Assembly (NCBI RefSeq): GCF_037042905.1
Contig: NC_087251.1
Span: 4,218,001-4,282,000 of the forward strand
Direction of reading: 5' to 3'
Length of the DNA stretch: 64,000 nt
Origin: Lytechinus pictus
Lineage: Eukaryota
Each line of letters starts with the position of its first letter. The stretch's first letter is position 1. The notes under the pieces were generated by a model. The model was not told the DNA's origin. It worked only from the letters and a program-made list of their open reading frames with translations, and ran no database searches. This document shows positions 28,141 through 63,898 of the stretch, piece by piece. The position numbers were made by a program, and so were the translations under genes.

Positions 28141-28282
28141 ATACAAATAGCGAATAGGCATGAGTGCGATGGTGCGAGATTTCGCATGAGGTGAAAGAAA
28201 GATGCTCTATTCAACGAGGCGTTAGCCGAGTTGAATAGAGCATCTCTTTCTTTCACCGAATGAGAATATTCGCTATTTGTGT
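28141..28282. repeat. Foldback palindrome (likely part of a non-autonomous element)
   Basis: ACAAATAGCGAATA/TATTCGCTATTTGT outer arms and GAAAGAAAGATGCTCTATTCAAC/GTTGAATAGAGCATCTCTTTC inner arms. Confidence 0.7.
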
Positions 28283-29169
28283 TGTACAACACCTCGGAAT
28301 TTAGCGAAAATATGAAAAAAAGAAGAGTTTATCCCTATAGTAAGCTATGAAAAGGGAGCAAAAATACTTGGGCAGCATTGCGCATTTAGTCAGCAGGCTT
28401 ACACGCGTATTACACCTTCATTTTTACTGAGCGCAATGAATTAAATCGTATTGTGACGTCACCTCCTAAAGCCGTGCAATGGTACATTTTGGATGGTATG
28501 TCTTTTGTGCAACGGTACGAATGTTTGACATTCAGCCTCCCATTTGCTCGCGTACAACAAGCTAAGTAGGCATTGTACAATATCCTCTATTTCAAGTTTT
28601 ACCAGTTTTGAAGGATGGCAACTGGTAACAATAAGAAATTATTCATATTATAAGCCTAAGTATGTCACTGTAAACCAAACAAACTACTACACAATCAACC
28701 AAATATACATTCCAGTTGCATATCAATAGAGTCAAACACAAGTAAAACGTGTTTGTAATTTCTAAAAAGGAAATACTAAAAATAAATACAAAATATAAAC
28801 ATAAAGAAAGCAATCACATAATATTCTCATATACAATGATAAAAGGCTTATAAATCTTTAAATAAAGGTTATCAAATGTCATCAAATATTCTTTTTACAT
28901 TCAGGATCTACAATAGTTTTATCAATGTAAATAAAAAAACAAATTACCAAAGGTAAACATGAATTGTCACATTCAGCTGAGAAATATATTATTGGCATGT
29001 GAGCAATAACTACTGGGGTGACTGATATCCAACTTCATTTATCTAAACAAGTGGAATGCCTCTGGCAGTCTCAACTGCATTACATGATTCAATATAGCAA
29101 CAGTGCTGACTTTGAAAACAGCTAATAATTCACAAAAGAAAACACTCAAATGATAAAGAAATACTACAT

Positions 29170-29512
29170 CCATTGACCCAAAATGACCTTTGACCATGAT
29201 CATGTGACCTAAGATGTGTACAAAACAATCATTCATACTTGATTACCCTTATGTCTATGTTTCATGAACTACATGTGTAGATCCATAAACTTTTAAAGTT
29301 ACGATGACAATTCCACAAATACCCCAAACATTATCAGAGTTTTTTTTACCCTAAATTACCTTTTACCTTGGTCATGTGACCTGAAACATCCACAAGATAT
29401 TCAGTAATACATGGTTACTCTTATGTTTAAGTTTCATGAACTAGATCCATAAAATTACAAAGTGATGATGACAATTCCACAAATACCCCAACATGGCCAA
29501 AGTTCGCTGACC
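29170..29512. repeat. TGACCTTTGACC-type internally tandem repeat
   Basis: ~165-bp unit present about twice; related to 37692-38107. Confidence 0.65.
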
Positions 29513-29753
29513 TTTTTATCTACATCTTGAGACTTGAGTACAACTGCAGCAACGGCCAACGCAGCGCGGCGTACCTCTCATTAATAGCAGTCGGGTGAAA
29601 GCCACGCGTAGCCTACCCTTGAACTGTTTAGCATTAGCTCGACAGGCCTAAAGTTAGAGTAGGACTAGGTACGGCAATGTTAGAATTGGTCTAAATGATT
29701 CTTTACTCATCAGCAAGGACTAGGTCTACAAGTCAAGTCAAGAGGGAAATAAA

Positions 29754-29914
29754 ACAAATATATCAGGCATTTCCTTCAAAAGTATAGTGGGAATGATTTA
29801 TCCGAGGTTGGACTGGCAATATAACTATTTTTCTATTTGGGAAAAATAGTAATCGCCAGTCCAACCTCGGATAAATAATTCCCACTATACTTTCTCAAAG
29901 CCTGATATATTTGT
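29754..29914. repeat. Near-perfect foldback palindrome
   Basis: AAAGTATAGTGGGAAT.ATTTATCCGAGGTTGGACTGGC is mirrored by GCCAGTCCAACCTCGGATAAAT.ATTCCCACTATACTTT. Confidence 0.8.
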
Positions 29915-31231
29915 ATAACATATGGGTCAGCTGCTCGTTTATGACTTCACAAATCCAAAACTTTAAATTCTATTATTATTAGAATAACTTTCTTAATCTT
30001 TAATGGATTTTCCTCAAACTGTCACCAATATTTTTTTTTTTTTTTTTTCTGCAATTTTTACAACAAACTTTTCTTCAGGATGAACTTCCCCTTTAATCAA
30101 TTCATCCCCTAAATACCAACAGATTGTAGAAAATTCAATCAAAAAAGTGAGGTTGAATTTCATTTAATAGTTGTATAATTCCACAATCAATTACACTTTG
30201 TATTATCAACACTTCCTTCTCTTCCTGCAAATAAAAACAAAAGTGCAATTATTGGCATTTCTTGACTTCCTTTGTCATATCTATCCGTGTTCATACAAAT
30301 AATGAACTTGGAAACACAAACACATTTGTGATACATTTTGTGCTTTGGAATGCTTTTTCTACAAAACAGCATTTCCACAGTTTATTTTGGTTATATCCTG
30401 GTTGAATTCTAACACACTTTGACTTTGTGAATTATAATCAAACATGGCTCAAATTAGAAGAGTGTGTTCAAATAAAACTGTGACATCACAACTCTGTTGC
30501 CTTGGAACAATTCTGGGAATCATGATTCTGGCAGAGAAACACATTTCAAATTTCAAGTGACAATTCACATAAATACATATACATCTTATCAAGTTTGTAA
30601 ACGATGATTCTTCTGTGAAAATTGCTTGAATACATTCTTGTGGGAATGGCAAAAAAATTAGTCAATGTCAAATCAGGTTCCAAAGTCAAGCACTTGTCAT
30701 ATGATTCAATGTAAATTTGTAACTGATATGCTTTCAATTTTTATTTCTATCATCCCCCATTATGATTGAATTTTTTTAAACTTATGCTAGATGTTGAATA
30801 GAATGTCAGTTCCTTGAAATGATCTATGAATTGCATAGCTTTCCAAACTTCCTGGTTCAAAAAGTGTAAAATTAGGGTCAGCCCCAAATCACAAAGTACA
30901 AGGACATCAAAGATCCTGTTTTCTTAGTTCACTTCATCAGTCATTTCATATTCTTCTTTCTATATGTAAAACCGGATCCAAATATAAAATGATGACTAAG
31001 ATTATGAATGCCGACCCCACAAAACTCTACTGAAGAAAGTATGCAAACAAGAAAATTTGCTTTAACTGGCAAGAAGGGGAAAAAATGCAAGTAGATATGT
31101 AAATCTAAACTCTGTTCTATTGTAAATCTACAGCTTATAATTTGCAGTACCACACCCAAGAGAGCCATGGACATATGATACAAAAAATACTTTGTGTTTA
31201 TCAATTAATTACTAAACACTTATATCTCTAA

Positions 31232-52820
<21,589 letters not shown>

Positions 52821-55439
52821 CTGGTAATAATAAGAAGTAGGAGGTTAATTTTTAAGCAATCAGGCATTTACTATCAGTTGGGTGGATTCTCTCAAAACAT
52901 ACTTTCTACAAAAGCACATTCACACAAAGCATCAAATCAAAGGGTTAGGTCTTCAGTCTCAAAACATTGTTCATGTTTAAGAATAGACAGGAGTTTTGTG
53001 CTTACATTAATGCAAGAGTCTCAAATTCATGAATACAATCTCCAACATTAAAAGGATCTAAATAATTGGAAAAAGACAGGACTCTCAGCCTCACATTCAA
53101 AACCCAGCGACAATCAATAGTGCACTACTGTTAAATATCCTATTGCAAAGAACTCATTGATGCCTTGGTCTTGGGCAGTCAGTCTACAAGCCCCTGTGTT
53201 AATGAGCAAGATTTATCCAAGTCCTCTCGTGGCTGAATTCATATCCCTGCAAAATCTTGTGAATTGTTAGACTTTTTTCTCATAGAATTTAACCATTTTC
53301 TCTTTGAGTAAAATTGATTATTCTTGTACCATGGGAAAGAGTAAATGTTACTCAAAAAACACAAAAAACATGAAATTTGCCAATATTTAGAGCAGCAACG
53401 GCAGAATAAAAAGAGGTGTTTTGGTCCGCACCCAGCTCATCAACAATGCAAAAACACTCTAGTCATATCACTTGGATAAAAGAAGCTCCTTTTTCAGGGC
53501 TTGCCGACTGACAGTGGGTTGTAAATATTCAAGGTATTTGACATGCATGCATGGGTACCACGGCACTTGGTACTAATTCTAAGAGGGTTTTTTTTAATGA
53601 AGGAATGGACTTATGCCAATTCTTCTTTGAGTTTTTAAAGTACATCATTTTTGCTGCACACGATCCAAATATGAATGTTTTTGGTGGAGATTTACCAATT
53701 TTGCGGTGCTTTTATGCAGCAAAAAATGTGAATGTGAGTTGCAAAAGTTTTGTTTATACTTATCACACCAGACGAAAAGACTATAATATGCCATTGATAA
53801 ATTACCCTTCCCACAGTGATAACTCACAGCAAATATCAGCTCAATTCTTGAACTGTTTGTAAAACAGTTTGATGCTTTTGTAGGCAGGATGTGACAGATT
53901 AATGTGAACGCAAATCTAAGTTGTAAGAAATTTTTGTTTGAACAGAACAAGCTTATTTAGCTGATTTTATGATTGGACTACAGATTAACTCTCCATCTCC
54001 ACAAATAACAATGTTATTAATTTTGTTTTGGTTTTTTATTATTTTTTTATGAGGGTGTTGAGGGACTATATTGTACTGAAGTATGCAGAACAAAGTAAAA
54101 TGTTGTGCAAGAATCAAATATTAGACTGAAAGGTGTTTTATCTAGTCTTTATTTGTATAATTTTCTATGTTTGTTTTGTTTATAAGGGTCTGGCTTTGTA
54201 TTTGGTATATGGCAGGACGTTACAGGTGAACACAAGATTCATTCTGACGCTTGGCGGCGCGAAGCGACGCAAGCCGCGCAGCGGCCTTGGTGCGTGCGAA
54301 GCACACGGGGGGAGGGTTCGGGAGTGAAAATATCAATATCGAGGAGCTTAGATTGCTGCTAAATGCACCACATTTTATGTCCATTTAATGCTTCTCCGGC
54401 CACACAGCCGTAACGGTTGTGCGAATTGCGATTGAAGCAGAAAGGCAATTACTGATAACTTCAATTTCAAAAAGGGCAAAAGAAAAGGATTTAAGGTCAA
54501 TCTCATTTTATACTTACAGTTTATAGATTTATTCACATCGATGACATCGATAAATTTACTCCAAAAGTTCCAATGTCTAGATCGCTACATCCTATAAAAG
54601 TGTGATTAATTTTGTGAATGCGTGTTGCTTCTTATGTCAATGACCGACTACATCTACGGACCGCATGCGTAGCCCTCTGAGCTTGCGCCGCGCCATGCCC
54701 TTACTAAATCCAAAGATGGTTCCGACTTTTGGAAGCCTCGGAAGTTTTTTTTCCGGGGCTTCCAAATAATGGGCATCGGTATTCATGAGACGGGGTCCCC
54801 AACTTATATAATTTGCATGTTTTTTTTGTTTTTTTTCAGATACTCACTGAAACAATAACTCTCATAAGACTTCTGTTGATGTTTATACTAATAATATATA
54901 ATCAAGATTCGTTTATCACTATCAGTTATTGCTATGTTCATTTGTATTGTTCTCTACTCACCTATAAAATAATGAATGTGCTCATCACGAGCGTGAGAAA
55001 TATTTTTAGTCATTCATATAATATTACGATTTTGTTGTTCTTATTATAAAGTAATTGCGATTTAAAATGTTTTGAAAGTATAGCTAAATTGACAGGAAAT
55101 CATCTATTTCTACGTAATATGTAGGCCTACAATTACAGCGTGTGTGAAAGAGAGAAGAAGAGGGGGGGGTTGTAGGATGGTCGAAGGGAGAGAACGAAAG
55201 GGGAGGGGTCGTGGTGTGGACAATGAAAAGGGGATGTTGAGATCGTGTGTGTGGGATTGGTGAAGAAGTCAATATTCGAAGAGAATACATATTTATAGAC
55301 GTCTATACTACTACTGATGATGATGGCTGAATAATCTTTCTTTACATGTATATTTTGGCGATTTTAAATTTTTTAAATGTTTTCTTGCAGCATGAGTGGG
55401 AAGATCGAGGTACGTGATTCAATAAATTGCATCACAATA

Positions 55440-56106
55440 TAAGTTAAGCCCACTAAAGGCTTGACTGTGGCTGACCCCGTAGTTAACATAGAATCCAATG
55501 AGTTTTTGAAAGAACAGAAAGATGATGTATCGTTAGGCCCTCTATGGCAGAAAGTTGATAAGGTTAACAATTCACAGTACATGTATTTGTGTGAACGTGA
55601 GTTTCTGTTCCAACAGAAAAAGGATGGAAATAATCAAGGTATAGGTCCTAAATTCCTTGTAGTTCCCATGACTCGTAGAGAAGAGATAACGCGAGTTGCA
55701 CAGGAGTCATTACTTAGTGGACATTTAGGTATCAATAATACTTTGGCTAAGATTAAGGCGCAGTTTTACTGGCCTGGGATGTGTGAAGATGTCGCGAATT
55801 TCTGTAGGTCATGCGATATATGTCAGAAAACTGTTGATAAAGGTCGTGTGCCGAAGGCTAGTCTTGGTCAAATCCCACTTATTGGTGTTCCTTTTCAGCG
55901 TATTGCTATCGACCTTATGGGTCCATTCATGCCTTCAGCTCGTAAACACACAAATATATTAACCATTGTTGATTATGCTACGAGATATGTAGAGGCGATA
56001 CCTCTTTAAGTCGATATCGACTGCTGATGTGGCAGAGGCCCTTGTTTCAGTTTATAGCAGAGTTGGTATTCCCAGGGAAGTTATGTCAGACTTGGGTACT
56101 CAGTTT
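55440..56106 (+). pseudogene. Ty3/Gypsy LTR-retrotransposon integrase remnant
   Basis: SGHLG...FYWPG...CDIC zinc-finger region and IAIDLMGP...LTIVDYATRYVEAIPL; after a 1-nt frameshift near 56006 it continues KSISTADVAEALVSVYSRVGIPREVMSDLGTQF, then breaks off. Confidence 0.9.
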
Positions 56107-57204
56107 TTAATTACCCTAAAAAATAAAGGAAAATCTTCAGTCACTTTAATGCCTCATGAAATGTCTTGACTGAATTTATCACTTAAAAAAATACACTTTG
56201 AAGAAATACATCTTATTCTTTAACGATTTGAAATGATGTTGAATATAGATTTATTTTAAATTTCAATTGACAGGTTTTGAAATTATACACTGCTTTCTAG
56301 CAGATTCAAAAGTGTTATAAATTATACACTGCATTTAACAGGTTCAATGATGTATTAAAAGTAAATCATTATACTGAACCAGTTAGGATTTGAATCATTA
56401 TCATATTATACATATACACCTACGTGTAGATTACTGTATTATGAATATTTGAGAGACATTTTTTTAAATACGAAATGTCAATTGTCTCTTCAACTATGAG
56501 ACATCTTATTTGTAATTTCAATCTAAAAAAAATGATTACTCATTTCTGAAAAGATAATTGATTTTCGATTAGGTAAGCCATGTTAAAAGGTGTAAAACAC
56601 CTTATTAAGCATTGTTTGAAAGTTGTAAACATTATTGTATTTTTGTGATGTAAAATTTTTGTGATGTAGAATTTTAAACCATAATATAAAAATGGCAAGA
56701 ATCACTTTACTTTGTTAAGAAAATACAGTTTTCAGAAAGTTTACTGATTTTTAGTTAACAGCAATGCAGTTTTGAAGCACTGTACTTAAACAAAAATGTA
56801 TTTCAAGAAGTTTGCTGAATTTGATAATTCTCTTTATTGATCTTTTACAAAACATAAGATTTTCATAGATTGTAGAAATCAATTCAAAAACATTTTTGCA
56901 TAACACATTGATAATTGGACAGTAAAGGTTACATTGTCATCTTTAAAAAAAAATGAAATGTTTAAACATTAATACAGATGGCTTATTTGAAATGAGCTCT
57001 TGTATATTTGTATGCATGTTATATCTATATATGTATCACTGAATATAGATAATGAAATATTTGTTCTATGATATGGATAATGAACTTCTTCATGAAACAT
57101 ATGATAGAGATTTGAGTAATACCTTTTTAAAGGAAACTCTGTTGTAAATTTCTTAAGTGGATATAATTTAGGTCCCCTTAATTTTATCTTAAGGTGGGGT
57201 ATAT

Positions 57205-58147
57205 TGTCAGGGAAGAAATTTATTGAATTTAATTCCTTTGATTAGACTCATGTTCTGAGTTTATAAAGATAGCTCATGTGTTGTGAATATTTAAACTAGG
57301 TAAAAATGTACATGTTTTAAATATTTCAAAAGCAAGCGTTGGAAACGTTTGACACCCCCCTTGGGTACGTACAAGATCAGGTGGATGCCATATTTTGTAC
57401 AAGTGTTTTAAATAGTTATGTACAGTTCTCTTTAATGAATAGATTGTGCAAGTGCACAGGAAGTGTCTTTTGTTATTAAGAATGTGTTGCTTTATGCACT
57501 CATCTGTTATTGAAATTCTTTGAATTACTTTATAGAAATTGTACAGTTAGTCCTAGTAACGAAAGGGTATATATTAGGAGGTTAATTTCAGTAATTCAGG
57601 GAGAACCACCTAAGCTAGAATAGACCATAGATGTAAGTATAGGCAGTCGAATTTAAAACTGAGGGACTACGTCGGTGACGAGATAACTACCCCAGCTGCC
57701 GCCGGTTCTCCACCGACATGATTTGTCAAAATTCATGTCATCATTGGGGGCTCAATCTCCTCCACTAATTCGTTGAAGCCACATCTCTCTGATCTGGGGG
57801 CTACTCATAAAGGGGCAACACTGTCTGTGGAGGCCAAGTGGAAGAGACATCGCAAGCTGCGGAGGCCAGGAACTGGACCGACCACCAGGGCCGAGTGGGG
57901 CATGTCAAGCCAGAAGAGATGATGGGGGCTCTAGTTAACTATTATTGTTAAGTTAAGTTATATTTTTTATCAATATTCATGTATATTTTCATGTACAATT
58001 ATTGTAAAACAAATCAAAAGGAAACAACATTATGATTTAAGAGATTTGATTAAATCTTTTAATAACTGTATTTATCAGTTTTACGTATTTATTTGGTGTC
58101 AAGCAGCAGTAGGTAAATAATTAAAAAAAAGTCACTCCCACGTGACA
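57205..58147 (+). mobile_element. Putative 3' LTR of the Gypsy remnant
   Basis: Purine-rich AAGGTGGGG tract at 57191-57199 followed by TGTCA; ends TGACA at 58143-58147; no second LTR in the window to confirm. Confidence 0.6.
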
Positions 58148-58959
58148 GATGCAAAGCCCAGATATCTCAGAGTGCACTTAATAGTTCATTACATAGGACC
58201 GTATGGGGTCCATTAGGTCTTCTTATGGCTCCAGACTTGAGATCTTTGAAATCTGGTGGAGTGAACAGGATGTCCTCATCACACCTTCCAACTATTCGGG
58301 GCCATTGCTCAGTTTTTGCCACTATACCAAAAGATGTCACTAACATTTTGTGAGCCTATCCAACTCCAAACTACTTTCTAGTCTGCTGGACATTCGTAGT
58401 ATTCTTTATTGATGTTTTATTGCATTTTGACTTGTTTTTATGATGCTATGTATATGCCAAATAACGAATATTATGTTGAAGAACACGTCCTGTGCCTTAG
58501 CAAATTAATTAATGAAGAGGAGCGTGTATTTGTATCAAACAACTGAGAAAAATTAACAGACATAAGCCGATTGATAAACTGATAAATAAAAATACATTTG
58601 CTGGTAGGTTGAAATATCTTCTAAAGTAAGCAGATTAAACTCAGACTGGGCTTGCTCAAGCTTTAATTCATTTCATTTTGTTTTGTAACAAGTTTCTTTA
58701 GTTTAGTCCTCACGTTAATTTTGAATCAATGGTTACACCAAGAAATTTCATTTTTCAACCTTAGGAATCTAAAATACCATGTTGTGGGCGTAAAGTTTTA
58801 CCTACAATAATGTTTGCCTCTCTCCTCCTTCCAATTCTTGAAATCAATATAGTGGAAGATAAACTGGTACTGGTTATATTGCGATGTGTGGTTTCAGCAG
58901 GTAAAGGTATTAAAATGAGAGCATGGGCAAGTAAAAGATTGATCAGGGTTAGACTTTTC

Positions 58960-59120
58960 CTTTTTGAGCTCCCAAGTTTTCTCTAGATTTGACTTGAAAG
59001 AGTTTTATATGGAAGTGCTCTTGATTTGGCAAGTTATTCCACTCAGATACTACTTGATGTGAGAAAGAATTTTGGCTTGTTCGAGTACTTGCTCTGGGTT
59101 TCTCTATCTTATGTAATCTT
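58960..59120 (-). mobile_element. Old CR1 3' remnant
   Basis: Minus strand translates HKIEKPRASTRTSQNSFSHQVVSEWNNLP. Confidence 0.55.
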
Positions 59121-59254
59121 GGCCAAAAATATGCAATGTCTTTTTTAGAGCATATTGCTTAATGGTTCATAAATGTTTACACGAAGCTGGTCCTCAGGTG
59201 CTTTGTGATAAGTTTATTTATATAGAACTAGGAGCACAAATAAGATGATAATCA

Positions 59255-59745
59255 GGGTGCCATATACTCGTACAACCTTTTACCAGAACTCATATTTTGT
59301 CATGGGCCCATTGCATTGGAATGAATTACCCGAACACCTCCGATTCATAGAAGACATTAAAAAGTATAAATGGGAAATGGCAAAATGGGAAAAAACATTT
59401 GATATGTAATATGGACTAATGGTGGAATCTATTCTTTCTCCTCATTTTGTACATATCTTATCTTTTTCATGTGTATATATAATTTTCTTTTACTTTTAGG
59501 TAACATTTGTACAGTATCATATTTCATTTATTTTGTCATTTTCCATAGTTAATTATGATTATTCAATTATATAATTTTTCAATATTAGTATTTATGCTCT
59601 ATTCTTTGTTTATATTTAAATGTGTCACCATGTATTATATTTTATATTTGTGTTTGTTGACGAAGGGCCCCAACAAACTCCAGCTTGTTGCTGATTAGGC
59701 TACCCTTCTTTTAAATATTTGAAATCAATCAATAAATAAATAAAT
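59255..59745 (+). mobile_element. Old L2/CR1-group LINE 3' end
   Basis: PYTRTTFYQNSYFVMGPLHWNELPEHLR, then an AT-rich UTR and (TAAA)n tail. Confidence 0.5.
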
Positions 59746-60825
59746 ATATATGTCCTCTGGTTCTGGAGTCTTCATTGAATTTTAAGAATTTTGAAGTCTC
59801 AAGATCACTAGTCCCTTGAATTATTCGAAACACTTGGATAAGATCTGCTCTGTGACGTCGGTAGGAGTAATGAAGCTAGACTAACTGAGCCAACCTTTCC
59901 GGGTAACTCTTGTCCATTGTAATTTCAACATCCTCAATGCTATTCAATTGTAATTAAAAACAATCAGTGTCATATTGCTTGTTACGATTACTGGAAACAA
60001 TTAAGTTACAAATACAAGATTTATAGGGTTGACAGAGATAGATCTGGCCTAGACAGCTGGCAGCCATCTGTTTCGAGGAGTTTTTTAACATTAAAAAAAA
60101 AATATATTTCTCCTTGTACACAGACGACTCGAAATCGTGCAGCCACCATTGGGGGGTTAACAATGCAAAATCCCCCCGATGGGGCTCATCCATTTTGGTC
60201 TTTATTTCATAAAAAGATCTAAAAAGAACTGGACCAAAATAATGATTATTATTCCATTTAACCTGAAATGCACCAAAACGGGAAAAAATAAACTTAAAAG
60301 GACAAAAAACAGTGACTTCAGCTGTCGCGCAACTCCACTTCCATGGTTTATTCGAACTTAATACCTAAACATACATGACATATGGCAATTGAGTCCCTGT
60401 ACAGATTGAGTTCAAACTTTGGTCTCTGTACATTAGGGCAAGACTTTCATATGTCCCCTCCACTAAAATTGAAAAAAAATATGGAGAAGGTTTATCAAGA
60501 ATTATCTAACATGTATCTAAGAGATTTAAGAAGGAAAAGTTGGATACATACCAAAATATGGCTTTATTCCGTCAAAATTTCGAGTGTGCGTAATGTCCAA
60601 TGGCATCGGTTTATTTAGTCAGAAAAATAAATACCCAATACACTTGGAGAGTAGACTAGTCATAATATCGGTTAGTAACCGCTACGAAACCCATGGCTTT
60701 CAACAATTCCTGCTAGCTCAGTGAGTAAGGCGACAGGCTGGAGATGCCTTGTTCTGCAGCGAGAGGTTCGAATCCAAGTTCCAACCGGAAGAAAAAAAAG
60801 AAGATAAGGCAAAAGCGATTTTGTG

Positions 60826-63790
60826 TCTCGCGAAATAATGTGATACTACAGGGGATACCAGAAGTAAATTCGGATGATTCATCTACAAGAAAGGATCAAG
60901 ATACTGGTTTTGTAAATGACATTCTAAAGCAGCTTGACATGTCTAATGCTCAGTATGTAAGAGTTCTCAGGTTAGGGAAAAGGGACCCTGCGAAAGAAAA
61001 TTCTCGACCTGTACTTATGGAGTTTAAAGAGGCGAAAACAAGAGATACTCTACTGAAACAGGCAGCAAATCTAGCAAAGGCTCCTGATCGCTTCAAGAAT
61101 ATCTACATTCAACCTGACAGAACTTAAAAGGAGAGAGAGGAAAGGAGTAAACTTGTGAAGGAACTGAAATCACGTCAATCAGAAGGTGATTTAAGATGGA
61201 AGATTGCTAGAAATAAACTAGTGTTACGTGAGTCTCGGAGCACAACAGGTTCTATTCCAGTTGAGAACCAGCCCTTTCGGAAATAGTGAAGGGAGAAGGA
61301 GCACTGTAAATACATGCACAACAACAGCACAAGCACCTATTTGCACCAGTGATGCACCATCAGTAGTTGATTTAGATAATATACAATCATCATTTTCTGA
61401 ATGTGAGGTGGATTCATCAGCAGGATCTCTGTTAAGAGAAATTTCATCTTCCACACACACTGTTCGGTCTGATGCTACTTCTTTGGCACGTGTTTTTTAC
61501 AGTACTGTTGACTCATTGTTAAATAAAAGAGATGAACTTCTTATCAGAGTTTCATCAGAAAAGCCAGATATCATAGCCTTGACGGAAATACTCCCTAAGA
61601 ATGTTCATAGTACCATAGACAATTCTGAATTCTACTTACCTGGCTACAATATGTTTTTGTCTCAGGAACCAAAGCGTGGAGTAATAATTTATGTCAAACA
61701 TGGATTGTATGCAAAACAAGTTGAGTTTCCTGACATGAACTTTTTGGAGAGTGTATGTTGCTCAATTGTAAATGACTCTGGATCTACACTATTTGGCTGT
61801 ATATACCGCAGTCCAAATAGCGATTCCAGGAATGATGAGGCGCTGATATCACATATGAAGAAAGCAGAGAATTTGGGGTACGATAATCTGGTTATTACAG
61901 GAGACTTTAATCTACCTACAATTGCTTGGGATTCACTGGATGTTACACGGCCAGATCAACAATTTGCACAGAGATTTCTTGACACAACTTTAGACTTGTT
62001 TCTTTTCCAACTGGTGAATCAGCCTACAAGATTTAGAGACGGCCAGCTGGCAAACATTCTTGACCTGATACTAACAAATTCTGAAGATTCGGTGGATAAT
62101 GTGTCATATAAAGCCGCACTAGGAAAAAGTGACCACATTGTGATTCAGTTCAATTTGAGTCTGGAGTTCAAGCAGGCTATGTCACACCCTCGATATGCTT
62201 ATTTCAGAGGAAGATACAATGATATGAGAAACTTTGTTCAGGACCATCAGATTTTCGACTTTGAAGAGGATCAAGATGTGGATGACAAATATAACTCGTT
62301 TAAGGACATTATTGACAAATTAACCGAGGAGTTTGTACCCAAGTCAACTGCATCTTCAACTACTAAAGCAGAACAAGGCATGGAATGTTCATCAAAGTCA
62401 AAGGTCGGCTCAATCTAGATGTGTTTTCAATTGTATCAGAAATGAGACTACAAGAGTTATCAATCAAGCCAAAAGGAAGTTTGAGTCCAAGTTAATCTCC
62501 GTATTGAAGACTAATTCCAAGAGTTTCTGGAAATATGTTCAAAGTAAACTCAAAATAAAGCACGACATCAGTCTTCTTTCAAGACCTGATGGATCTTTGA
62601 CGTCTGATGATGAGGAGAAGGCAGTACTTTTGAACAATTTTTTCAGCTCTGTGTTTACGAAGGAGGATTTGATGAGCTTGCCAGATATTTCTGACAGAAG
62701 TTATGCCGAACCTTTGACATCTATCAACATTGACACTGAAAATGTCCTTAAAGTGTTACAATCACTGGACCAATCCAAATCTCCAGGCCCAGATAGGGTA
62801 CACGTCAAAGTACTCAAGGAACTCGGTGAACATGTCACCCCAACACTCTCAAATGTGTTCAATGCATCTCTAGATGAAGGAAAAGTTCCATCTAAGTGGA
62901 AGCTAGCAGATGTAGTTCCATTGCACAAGAAGGGAGACAAGACAGCTCCAGGAAATTACCGTCCAGTTAGTTTGACAAGTGTGGTGAGCAAAATAATGGA
63001 AACCATGGTGAGGGAAGAAATAGTGCAGCATATGGATGAAAATAGTCTGTGGTCAGAGCACCAACACGGTTTTCGCAAAGGAAGATCTTGTTCATCTCAA
63101 CTTCTCAAAGTGATTGAAGATTGGAGTAATATTCTGGATAATGGTGGTAATGTGTACTGCATTTACCTCGACTACCAAAAGGCTTTTGACAGTTCCGCAT
63201 GAAAGACTGCTGGAGAAACTGCATGCTTATGGTATCAAAGGGAAGATTTTGCATTGGATTAAAGCATTTATATCAAATAGGAGCCAGAGAGTAAATGTCA
63301 ATGGATCCTTTTCACATCATGTACCTGTTACCAGTGGAATTCCTCAAGGGAGCGTGCTTGGCCCCGTTCTCTTCATTATTTTTATTAATGATCTCCCCGA
63401 GGTTATATCTGGTAACTCATCGACAGTCAAAATGTTTGCGGATGATACTAAACTCTACTCTTCTGTCAAAAATGATAATGATGGTGAGATGTTGCAGCAA
63501 GACTTGGACAGTCTTTCAAATTGGTCCAAAACATGGCAACTCCCGTTTAATACATCAAAATGTAAAGTGATGCACCTAGGTAGGAAAAGTTCAGACGGGA
63601 TTTATAAAGTGCAGAAAGATGGTATGATTTCCGACATTGCATCAGTATCGGAAGAGAAGGACTTGGGAGTTACTTTCGATGATAAGCTCAAGTTTAATCA
63701 GCAAGTCGGAAGAGTTGTCGCTGCAGCAAATAGGAAACTAGGAATGATCAGACGTACCTTTTAATCTTTTGATCAAGAAGGATTCCTACC
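60826..63790 (+). mobile_element. CR1-type non-LTR retrotransposon, decayed (ORF1 C-terminus + APE endonuclease + reverse transcriptase)
   Basis: ORF1-like NNVILQGIPE...RPVLMEF...IYIQPD with a stop at 61125; APE motifs IALTE, IYRSP, GDFN, LDLILTN and SDH; RT motifs NYRPVSLTS, QHGFRKGRSC, GIPQGSVLGP and FADD; frameshifts near 62400 and 63190; stop at 63762. Confidence 0.93.
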
Positions 63791-63812
63791 AACCAAAAAA
63801 TTACTTTTTTTC

Positions 63813-63898
63813 TTTCCAGGGCTCTTTTTGGAGAAACTTAAAAATTTTCCAGGGCTACTTTTTCATTTTCCAGGGCTCTTTTTCCACTTTCCAGGGCT
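63813..63898. repeat. TTTCCAGGGCT direct repeats (probably subterminal repeats of the next element)
   Basis: Copies at 63813, 63846, 63867 and 63888; the last three have a 21-bp period. Confidence 0.7.

Noticed and set aside
54512..54700. Candidate NO66 start exon (minus-strand ATGGCG at ~54696; GTAAGT donor at ~54518)
   Set aside because: In-frame stops occur before any phase 0 donor, so it cannot join exon 52820 in frame
56000..56012. Programmed frameshift in the Gypsy integrase
   Set aside because: It falls inside the catalytic core of an already truncated copy; a 1-nt insertion is the simpler explanation
60705..60785. Functional tRNA gene
   Set aside because: A and B boxes are present, but the acceptor and T stems do not pair; SINE-like or pseudo-tRNA. 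The same applies to ~46503-46570 on the minus strand
61125..61127. Stop-codon readthrough in CR1 ORF1
   Set aside because: The element has several other disabling lesions, so this is best read as a nonsense mutation
63813..63898. 21-bp-period repeats as a mini CRISPR array or iterons
   Set aside because: The repeat is only 11 bp with ~10-bp T-rich spacers, which fits transposon subterminal repeats
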